The translations under genes and the position numbers were made by a program. Source: an uncultured bacterium (GTDB lineage Bacteria; Patescibacteriota; Saccharimonadia; Saccharimonadales; Saccharimonadaceae). Taken from it: DNA of 64,000 nt. The number at the start of each line of letters is the position of its first letter. The stretch's first letter is position 1. Positions 48,148 through 55,561 of the stretch are shown piece after piece. The stretch is from the NCBI GenBank assembly GCA_938036155.1, contig CALHPA010000004.1:5376-69375 (forward strand), written 5' to 3'. The notes under the pieces were generated by a model. It was not told where the DNA came from. It saw only the letters and a list, made by a program, of their open reading frames with translations, and ran no database searches.

Positions 48148-48885
48148 ATGAAGCTTATGGATATTTGGATGATTTTACTGGTAGTGATTTTGGCAGCAAT
48201 GGTGCATGCTAGTTTTCATTTGAGTATTAGTGTTTTAACACTTTTGAGTGGGCATACTTTAAGCAAGAAGAAGTCGCATTTGCAGTTAACAAAATTGTCT
48301 ATGTCTTTAGTCTTTGGCTCAGTTTTTGCGACTATTTTGATTTTTTCAACTTTTGCATATTTTGCTGGAATATTCTATGATATTGCATTTTCGAAAGTAG
48401 CTTGGGCGGTTTTGGCTGGTATTCTGGTTGCTGCTGGAATTTCAACTTGGATTTTTTATTATCGAAGGGGTAAAAATATACAAAACGGCACAGAGCTTTG
48501 GATTCCTCGTTCGATGGCGAAATTTCTTAATGAACGAGCGAGCAAGACTATTCATTCGGCTGAAGCTTTTTCGCTAGGAATTGTGAGTGTTTTGAGTGAA
48601 ATATTGTTTTATTTTGCATCTTTGGCGATTTCGGCAATTTTAGCTTCACGTGTTTCACCAGCTATTCAGTTTGCTATTTTAGCAATTTATGTTTTAGTTT
48701 CTAATTTACCAATTTTTAGCATTGCTTGCATGATTTCTGGTGGACATCCAATTTCAGAGATTCAAGCTTGGCGGAATAGAAATAAGCGTTTTATGCAATT
48801 TTCAGCGGGTTTAGGGATGATAATTTTAGCGTTTATAACTAGTATTATAGTTTTTACACCAGAATTTTTAGGAGTTTCGTTATGA
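48148..48885 (+). CDS. Polytopic membrane protein (6-7 TM segments), family not recognised
   Basis: 245-aa hydrophobic ORF. Its stop overlaps the start of the next gene (ATGA). Confidence 0.5.
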   Translation: MKLMDIWMILLVVILAAMVHASFHLSISVLTLLSGHTLSKKKSHLQLTKLSMSLVFGSVFATILIFSTFAYFAGIFYDIAFSKVAWAVLAGILVAAGISTWIFYYRRGKNIQNGTELWIPRSMAKFLNERASKTIHSAEAFSLGIVSVLSEILFYFASLAISAILASRVSPAIQFAILAIYVLVSNLPIFSIACMISGGHPISEIQAWRNRNKRFMQFSAGLGMIILAFITSIIVFTPEFLGVSL

Positions 48886-49151
48886 GGATGGTTGTAAAAT
48901 CTGGCGGAAAAGTTGAGAAATTTGATTATAAAAAATTACAAAAATCCTTGAGTGAGACTTTCTTAATTGTTAGATCTCCAGAAGGGCAAAGTGATGAATT
49001 TATTCGAAAAACTCTTCTCGAATTTGCAAATTGGCAAAGAAATAAACCAGAAATTACAAGTGGTGATATTCGAATACAGACCGGATTAATTTTACAGAAA
49101 ATTCATCCAGAGGCAGCATATATTTATAAAAATTTCAAGAGCATAATTTAA
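48882..49151 (+). CDS. Stand-alone ATP-cone domain protein
   Basis: VVKSGGKVEKFDYKKLQKSL...ITSGDIRIQTGLILQKIHPEAAYIYKNFK fits the ATP-cone pattern (V.K..G..E.F...K......A..Y..Y). Only 89 aa. Confidence 0.7.
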   Translation: MRMVVKSGGKVEKFDYKKLQKSLSETFLIVRSPEGQSDEFIRKTLLEFANWQRNKPEITSGDIRIQTGLILQKIHPEAAYIYKNFKSII

Positions 49152-49161
49152 GGAGTGGGAA

Positions 49162-50535
49162 ATGGCTAAAAGAAAATTTGATTTTGATCTAATTGTTCTT
49201 GGAAGTGGAGCAGGTGGCTCGGCGGCGGCAAATATTGCAGCAAAAGCTGGTCTAAATGTTGCAATTGTTGAAAATGATCTTTTTGGTGGTGAATCGCCGA
49301 ACTATAGTGATGTTCCGCGAGCAGCAATTTCGAAGGTTAAAAAAGCTTTTTTTGAGGCAAAAAAGGCTGAAAAAATGGGTTTACGTTCGGCAAATTTAAC
49401 TTATAACTTTCCGATAATTTCCACCTGGAAAAAGATTGCGATCGAACGAACCGGAGCTCACGATAATCAAAAATTTTTCGAAAGTATGGGGATTAAAACT
49501 TTTCGTGGTGAAGCTAGATTTTTAACTCCAAATGAGATTTCAATTAACCAAAAACACTATTCGGCAAAGAATTTCTTGATTGCGACTGGCTCGAGAATAT
49601 CAATTCCAGACATTAAAAATATTGAAAATATGCGATACTATACGCCAAAAACAATTTTTGACATTGCTCGTCCACCTAAAAGTATTTTTATTGTTGGTGG
49701 TGGGGCTGAGGCGGTTGAGATTGCTCAAATTTTAGCTATTTTTGGTACGAAAGTTTATATTAGTGAAGTTTCGGCACGACTTTTACCAAAAGAAGATGAG
49801 GAGGTCGGGATTGCTCTTGAGAATATTTTGGTTGAAGAAAATCAGGTTTATGTCTTACCGCAAACTCGAGTAGTAGCGGTGCAAAAAGATGGCCTAATGA
49901 AGCGAGTGATTTTTCAGCGAGGCGGAACTGAGAAATTCGTGCGCGTTGATGAGATTTTGATTATAGGTGAAAGAATACCGAATACAGATATTGGCTTAGA
50001 AAATGCTCATATTGATTTTTCGAAAGATGGAATTACTGTTAATGAATTTTCGCAGACTTCCATGAAGCATATTTTTGCGGTTGGCGGTGTGGTTAATCCA
50101 CAAGCTCAAACGGCAGAAATTCTACTTGAAAGCCGAACAGTTGCTCACAATATTCTACATTCACGTTCGAAAATTGAGGTAAAATTTCCACTTTCGCCTC
50201 GCACGATTTCAACTTGGCCAGAAATTGCCACGGTTGGTTTAAATGAAGATGATTGTTTAAAAAGGGATTTAAAATATAAAACTGCAATTGCGCCACTTAA
50301 TTTGATTGCAAAAAGCAATGTTGAGAATTTTAGTGGCGGATTTGCTAAAATTATTTGTGATAGGAAGGGAAGGATTATTGGTGGAAGCATTGTTTCGCCA
50401 GATGCAATAAGCTTAATTCCACAAATTTCTTTAGCAATTCGAAATGAAATGACCGCTCATGATCTTGCAGAAATTCCACAACCATTTTTGAGCTGGAGCG
50501 AGATTATTCGTGTGGCGGCTCATAAAATTAAATAA
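49162..50535 (+). CDS. Pyridine nucleotide-disulfide oxidoreductase paralogue that lacks the redox cysteines
   Basis: FAD (LGSGAGGS) and NAD (VGGGAEAVE) folds are intact. However, the GGTCxNxGCxP motif reads GGESPNYSDVP (49285-49320) and the C-terminal HP..E motif reads PQPFLSWSE. Confidence 0.8.
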   Translation: MAKRKFDFDLIVLGSGAGGSAAANIAAKAGLNVAIVENDLFGGESPNYSDVPRAAISKVKKAFFEAKKAEKMGLRSANLTYNFPIISTWKKIAIERTGAHDNQKFFESMGIKTFRGEARFLTPNEISINQKHYSAKNFLIATGSRISIPDIKNIENMRYYTPKTIFDIARPPKSIFIVGGGAEAVEIAQILAIFGTKVYISEVSARLLPKEDEEVGIALENILVEENQVYVLPQTRVVAVQKDGLMKRVIFQRGGTEKFVRVDEILIIGERIPNTDIGLENAHIDFSKDGITVNEFSQTSMKHIFAVGGVVNPQAQTAEILLESRTVAHNILHSRSKIEVKFPLSPRTISTWPEIATVGLNEDDCLKRDLKYKTAIAPLNLIAKSNVENFSGGFAKIICDRKGRIIGGSIVSPDAISLIPQISLAIRNEMTAHDLAEIPQPFLSWSEIIRVAAHKIK

Positions 50536-50645
50536 AACTAAACGCCTAAAAGTTAAAATGGGCGTTTTTATTTTTTAAAATTTGAATTTTTTAGTAAAAA
50601 ATGGTAAAATTAATACAGATTTACAGATAAAAATTAAGGAGAATT

Positions 50646-51353
50646 ATGGCTGGTCATAATAAATGGTCAAAGATTAAACGGCAGAAAGGCGCAAATGACG
50701 CAAAGCGTGGCGCAATTTTTACACGAATTGGTAATCAAATTGCGATTGCAGCTCGTGGTGGCGCTGATCCAGATATGAATCCAAGTTTGGCACTGGCAAT
50801 TGAAAAAGCTCGCGCGGTGAATATGCCGAACGCGAATATTGAACGTGCAATTGCTCGGGCGGCAGATAAAAATGCAGCAGCACTCGAAGAAATTACTTAT
50901 GAAGGTTATGGTCCGAATGGAATTGGTTTGATTATTGAAACCGCAACAGACAATCGTAATCGAACTTTTCCTGAAGTTAAGACTGCTTTAGTGAAAAATG
51001 GTGGCCGGATTGCTGACGCAGGTAGCGTGATGTTTCAGTTTACTCGCAAAGGTGTAATTTTAGTTGAAGCTACCGGTGAAGATGCTCTGCTTGAAATTCT
51101 CGATGCTGGTGCGGAAGATGCGGTTGAAGAAGATGGCGAAATTGTAGTTTATACAGATCAAAAAGATTTAATGAAAGTTCGAAAAGAACTAATTGAAAAA
51201 GGGTTAACCGTAAAAGAAGCTGAACTTCAATATGTGCCAAACATGGAAGTTGAAATTACCGACGACGAAACGCGTGCGAAAGTTGAAAAACTTATGGACG
51301 CGCTTGATGATGTTGATGATGTGGTGAATGTTCACACGAACGCCAAGCTGTAA
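50646..51353 (+). CDS. yebC: YebC/PmpR family DNA-binding regulator
   Basis: MAGHNKWSKIKRQKGANDAKRGAIFTR.. is the canonical N-terminus. 235 aa. Confidence 0.93.
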   Translation: MAGHNKWSKIKRQKGANDAKRGAIFTRIGNQIAIAARGGADPDMNPSLALAIEKARAVNMPNANIERAIARAADKNAAALEEITYEGYGPNGIGLIIETATDNRNRTFPEVKTALVKNGGRIADAGSVMFQFTRKGVILVEATGEDALLEILDAGAEDAVEEDGEIVVYTDQKDLMKVRKELIEKGLTVKEAELQYVPNMEVEITDDETRAKVEKLMDALDDVDDVVNVHTNAKL

Positions 51354-51390
51354 TTTATAAGGGTGATGAGCCCTTATTTTTATAGGAGGA

Positions 51391-52092
51391 ATTATATTTA
51401 ATTTAATTTTTAATAAAAGCTTTTCAGAAGAAACGCAAGAAAAAATAAAGTCAGATTTTATTGAAGCTAAAGAATATTTTTCGAAGTATTATGATTTTTC
51501 GAAAAAAGAAATTGATATTTATTTTTCAGACATATCTAGGATGAAAAAAGAAGATATTTCTGAAATATTAAAAATTGAAAAAGTTTCAGGTCTTTCAATG
51601 TCTGGATATGGAGCTCTAATACTTGAGTTTTTTGATACTGAATATTCAAAAAATATATTTTTAAAATTAATTTTTCATGAGCTCAACCATGAATTTAGAT
51701 GTCAAACTTTACCAACACCTAACAATATCTGGGGTGATACTATTCTTGAAGGTTTAGCTCTGAATTTTGAAAAACAAGCAGCTAATGAATTAGGGTATGA
51801 ATTAAAATTTTTGACCGATTATTACGATAGGCCTGATGAAGACAAGCTAAAATGGGGATTGAAGAGAATTATTGAAATCGCAAAAAATAAGGAGAAGATA
51901 AATCGCTACAATTGGTATTTTAATCACTTTGGAAATGATTCAAGTTTGCCTACGAATTTTGTTTATAGAGTCGGAGAATTTTTAATTTCAAAATATTGTG
52001 AAAAATACAGAATTAGACCAAGCGATGCGCTTAAAATTACAAATGAAGAATTTGAAGATTTTGCGAAAAAGGAGATTTTGTGCGAAAAATAA
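51391..52092 (+). CDS. DUF2268-like putative zinc metalloprotease (HExxH), start codon unclear
   Basis: HELNH motif and a C-terminal region like DUF2268. The reading frame is open from 51370 and homologous to the N-terminus of the downstream paralogue, but the first ATG is at 51541. A TAGGAGGA SD at 51383-51390 is followed only by ATT/ATA codons. Confidence 0.5.
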   Translation: MIFNLIFNKSFSEETQEKIKSDFIEAKEYFSKYYDFSKKEIDIYFSDISRMKKEDISEILKIEKVSGLSMSGYGALILEFFDTEYSKNIFLKLIFHELNHEFRCQTLPTPNNIWGDTILEGLALNFEKQAANELGYELKFLTDYYDRPDEDKLKWGLKRIIEIAKNKEKINRYNWYFNHFGNDSSLPTNFVYRVGEFLISKYCEKYRIRPSDALKITNEEFEDFAKKEILCEK

Positions 52093-52703
52093 TTCTTGGT
52101 AGCCTAAAAAATGATTCAGAGAGAACTAAGCAAATTCGAAAAGCTTATCGAAAAGCACGCGCAAAAATTATTCGGGAGTTTGATTTATCTAATTTTGATT
52201 ATGATGTTGTTTTTGCAAGTTGGCGTGATTCTGGCGAATATGGTTTTTGGTGGTATATTGATTTTGGCTATATCCGTTTAAATATTGGTGTTGACAAGAT
52301 TTTATTTCAAAATGCTCTATATGAGGGGATTTGTGAAGGTTTTTCCCATAATTTTGTAGCAGATTCGACGGATTTTAATAATGGATTCTCGAAAAAAATA
52401 ATTCGGAATGCTTATGCTGCGGATTTTTTAGGTTGGAAATACGAAGAAAAATACTCATTAGATAATCTTTCTGAAGATAACTTACTAAAAATAAAAGACG
52501 CCTTAAATGGTAAAATAGACGAAGATTGGCTATGGAGTAGACATAATGGATGGCATTTTTATGGGTTTTCAAAGAAATATTTTGAAAGCTTGGGGATTTC
52601 ACGGAAAGATATTTTAAAGCTTAAAGAGAATGAATTTAATATGGAGCTAATTTCTAAAATTGAAAAATTACTTGAAGATTATAGAAAATCGAAATTCGAA
52701 TGA
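52080..52703 (+). CDS. Paralogue of the upstream DUF2268-like protein, without HExxH
   Basis: GTG start that overlaps the upstream stop. By eye the N-terminus and core align to the upstream protein. The metal site is replaced (CEGFSH). Confidence 0.5.
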   Translation: MRKIILGSLKNDSERTKQIRKAYRKARAKIIREFDLSNFDYDVVFASWRDSGEYGFWWYIDFGYIRLNIGVDKILFQNALYEGICEGFSHNFVADSTDFNNGFSKKIIRNAYAADFLGWKYEEKYSLDNLSEDNLLKIKDALNGKIDEDWLWSRHNGWHFYGFSKKYFESLGISRKDILKLKENEFNMELISKIEKLLEDYRKSKFE

Positions 52704-52758
52704 AATTTCTGAGTAAGAGATCTTTGACGAAATCCAGAAAATATAGTATAATTTTAAA

Positions 52759-53487
52759 ATGAATAATCTCGAATTTCTTGTAAAAAATTATCAAACACCG
52801 CCTGAAGCTATTACTCTAGTTGAAAATTCTCGCATTTTATTACTTGCGGGAATTTCTGGCGCCGGAAAAGACACAACCAAAAAACATCTTTTAAAAAATG
52901 AAGAATATCGTGATATTGTCAGTCACACAACGCGCCAGCCTCGTAAAAATAATGGTAAAATTGAACAAAATGGCATTGACTACAATTTTATTTCGATTGA
53001 AAAGGCTGAAGAAATGCTTAGAAATCGTGAATTTATTGAAGCAAAATTTGTTCACGGAAAGATTTATGGTACAAGCATTGCAGAGATCGAAAAAGCCAAC
53101 CAAAACGGGCAGATTTCTGTAACAGATATTGATATTCAAGGAATTGCAGAATATAAAAAAATGAGCGATCGGGTAGTGGCAGTCTTTATTTTACCGCCGG
53201 ATTTTGAAACTTGGCGTGCAAGATTTGCGAACCGATATTCAAGTGCGGAGGAATTCGAAAAAGATTTTAAAAAACGTTTGCCTGAGGCAATTTCTTCACT
53301 GGAACAAGCTCTCGAAGTGCCATATTTTCACTTTATTTTAAATGATGATTTTCGAAATACAGCGCGAATTATTGATCAAATTATGCATCAAGATGTTGAG
53401 TTTAATTATAAAGATATCGAGGTGCGTGTGCGAGCAAGAAAACTTTTGGAAGATATTAAAGCTAAATTCTTAGAATTATCGAAATAG
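52759..53487 (+). CDS. gmk: Guanylate kinase family protein
   Basis: P-loop GISGAGKDT, SHTTRQPR..G..G.DY.F, GKIYGT and DIDIQG, with a C-terminal extension. A TATAAT box (52747-52752) lies 6 nt before the ATG. Confidence 0.75.
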   Translation: MNNLEFLVKNYQTPPEAITLVENSRILLLAGISGAGKDTTKKHLLKNEEYRDIVSHTTRQPRKNNGKIEQNGIDYNFISIEKAEEMLRNREFIEAKFVHGKIYGTSIAEIEKANQNGQISVTDIDIQGIAEYKKMSDRVVAVFILPPDFETWRARFANRYSSAEEFEKDFKKRLPEAISSLEQALEVPYFHFILNDDFRNTARIIDQIMHQDVEFNYKDIEVRVRARKLLEDIKAKFLELSK

Positions 53488-53597
53488 ACTAAAAGAAAAA
53501 CCCGCATTTGCGGGTTTAGAAGAGTTATGGTCTGTAGAATATTACTTTATCTGTTTTTTCATTAATATTTATCTTTGGCCCTGCAACCAGTACATTT

Positions 53598-53804
53598 TTA
53601 TAAATACTGGATATGAGGCATGTGGACCGCTGGTAGAATGTTTATCCGTTCAGCATCAATAGTCCATCCTTTTGGTAGGATTAAGTTACGAAAATCTAAA
53701 GCATTAGATAATATTAAATAACCTTCACGGTTAGCGCTTGTCCCAAAAACCATTTTTGTTTTAGGGTTTAATTGCATCATTTCGTTTTTCTTGAGTTTAG
53801 CCAT
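53598..53804 (-). CDS. Hypothetical 68-aa ORF, possibly a gene remnant
   Basis: This is the only ORF in a 550-bp gap. It has a weak SD and no family was recognised. Confidence 0.25.
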   Translation of the reverse strand: MAKLKKNEMMQLNPKTKMVFGTSANREGYLILSNALDFRNLILPKGWTIDAERINILPAVHMPHIQYL

Positions 53805-53859
53805 TTTTTCTCACATTTCATTCGCTCATATTGGCGAAATCCTTTCGTTATTTTGGCGG

Positions 53860-53916
53860 TTTTCATTTTCGCAGGCGAGATTTCATATATTGAAAACCCA
53901 TCTGCGAAAATGAAAA
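53860..53916. repeat. Perfect 15-bp inverted repeat TTTTCATTTTCGCAG / CTGCGAAAATGAAAA with a 27-nt spacer
   Basis: Read directly from the sequence. No T-run follows on either strand. Confidence 0.6.
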
Positions 53917-53999
53917 TCTAGAAAAATGAATGGATAATATTATAGATTATAGATAACTCTTCTTTTTAAAGCTGCAATACAATACGTAAAAATACATAA

Positions 54000-54026
54000 T
54001 TAGCACTCTATTGACCTAAGTGCTAA
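54000..54026 (+). promoter_or_regulatory. CIRCE operator (HrcA site) overlapping the hrcA promoter
   Basis: TTAGCACTC-N9-AAGTGCTAA. The spacer contains the -35 TTGACC (54011-54016) and the -10 TAGACT lies at 54034-54039. Confidence 0.9.
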
Positions 54027-54045
54027 TTTATGCTAGACTAATAGT

Positions 54046-54789
54046 ATGAATATTACACCACGACAAACGCAAATTTTGGTAGCAATCATTGAGCAATACG
54101 CTGAAGTTGCCAGCCCTGTTGGAAGTGTGACTTTAGCAAAGCTTTTTGGTGTTTCAAGTGCAACAATTCGTTCTGAAATGGCAAAACTTGAAGACTTAGG
54201 GCTAATTACGCAACCGCACACTTCTGCTGGGCGAATTCCAACTGATAAAGGTTATCGATTTTATGTGAATCGCTTAACTGCTCAAAGTGAGGGTGAAGAT
54301 GAACAAATTTTGCTAAACGCTAATAATTCGAAAGATAGTTTGCGTGGATTTCGGGCGATTTCATCACGGGTTTCAGCTCAGAATGACCGCGCTGACCATG
54401 CAATTCGTTCAGCAGTAGATTCTTTAGTTGAGCTTACAGGCAATCTTGGTCTTGCTACAATTGGCGATCAGCTCTATATTAATGGAATTTATAATCTTTT
54501 TTCTCAACCTGAATTTGAAAGTGGCGAAGCGGTGCAGTCGGTTGCGCAACTGCTTGATAATCTTGAACCGTGGCTTCGTGAAGTTACTCCAAATGAGCCG
54601 CTTAACGTTTATATCGGTAGTGAAAATCCAATTGGCAAAAGTTCTGGCGCGAGTTTGATAATTTCGAAATTCGAAAGTCCATTTTCAGAAAATTCTTACA
54701 TTGGCGTGCTCGGGCCAACTCGCCAAAATTACGGAAAAGTGGTGCGATTGGTTCAAAAAACCGGTGAATTTTTAGAAGAGATTTTATAA
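54046..54789 (+). CDS. hrcA: Heat-inducible transcription repressor HrcA (short form, 247 aa)
   Basis: RQTQILVAIIEQYAEVASPVGSVTLAKLFGVSSATIRSEMAKLEDLGLITQPHTSAGRIPTDKGYRFYV. The C-terminal GVLGPTRQNYGKV matches HrcA. Confidence 0.9.
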   Translation: MNITPRQTQILVAIIEQYAEVASPVGSVTLAKLFGVSSATIRSEMAKLEDLGLITQPHTSAGRIPTDKGYRFYVNRLTAQSEGEDEQILLNANNSKDSLRGFRAISSRVSAQNDRADHAIRSAVDSLVELTGNLGLATIGDQLYINGIYNLFSQPEFESGEAVQSVAQLLDNLEPWLREVTPNEPLNVYIGSENPIGKSSGASLIISKFESPFSENSYIGVLGPTRQNYGKVVRLVQKTGEFLEEIL

Positions 54790-54804
54790 ATTAAGGAGGA
54801 AAAG

Positions 54805-55332
54805 ATGGAAGAAAATAATGTAGCAAAAAATCAAGATAATACAAAAGAAAAGAAGCAATCAGGATTTTTTAAAAAAGATCCAAAGTGCGAAAAGCTTCAA
54901 GCAGAGAATTCAGAATTAAAAAATGATTTGCAGCGCACGCGTGCTGATTTTGAGAATTATCGTAAAAATGTTGAAAGTCGAATTTCGAATGCGCAAAATC
55001 TAGGCGAAAAGAAAGCTATTTTGGCGTTAATTCCAATGATTGATGATATTGAAAGAGCGATTTCGCATTTGCCGTCGGATCTAGCGGAAAATTCTTGGGC
55101 GCAAAATGTGGTTAAAATGAGCAAAAATTTGGAAAAAAATCTTTCAAAGCTTGGAGTTGAAAAGATCAATTCTTCGAACGGTGCCATTTTTAATCCAGAA
55201 CTTCATGAGGCGATTCAATTCGATGAAGAATCTGACGGTGAAGAAGAAGTTATTGCTGAAGAACTTCGAGCTGGTTATACTTTAAAGGGCGAAGTTTTGC
55301 GAGCAGCAATGGTAAAAGTTGGGCGAAAGTAA
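54805..55332 (+). CDS. grpE: Nucleotide exchange factor GrpE
   Basis: RTRADFENYRKN, the GrpE C-terminal beta domain (FNPELHEA..G..L..GEVLRAAMV) and SD AAGGAGGA. Confidence 0.93.
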   Translation: MEENNVAKNQDNTKEKKQSGFFKKDPKCEKLQAENSELKNDLQRTRADFENYRKNVESRISNAQNLGEKKAILALIPMIDDIERAISHLPSDLAENSWAQNVVKMSKNLEKNLSKLGVEKINSSNGAIFNPELHEAIQFDEESDGEEEVIAEELRAGYTLKGEVLRAAMVKVGRK

Positions 55333-55375
55333 TTTTATCGTTGACATAATGTGATTAATATGATATTATTATGAA

Positions 55376-55513
55376 CGTTAACCCGTTTCACCTTACTATA
55401 GAAGGTTGGGACTCGCGGGTTATCCTAATAATAAATAGAAATTAGAGTCAGTATTTTTCTTTTTCTTGGAGGAGCTTTATTCTCGCTAAGCCGTCTAATA
55501 TTAGGCGGTTTTT
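55376..55513 (+). ncRNA. Candidate small RNA or leader: an orphan promoter-to-terminator unit
   Basis: Promoter TTGACA(55341-46)-17-TATTAT(55364-69). A nested stem follows (TAACCCG 55379-85 / CGGGTTA 55416-22 enclosing ACCTT/AAGGT), then a terminator hairpin CCGTCTA/TAGGCGG plus a T-run (55491-55513). There is no SD+ATG ORF inside. Confidence 0.4.
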
Positions 55514-55561
55514 AATTTTAAAAACTTTAAAATTAAGCATAAATATGATAAAATATAACGT

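Noticed and set aside
55489-55500. AGCCGTCTAA, which resembles the Neisseria DNA uptake sequence GCCGTCTGAA
   Set aside because: It is a single imperfect occurrence that forms the stem of a terminator, so it is a chance resemblance.
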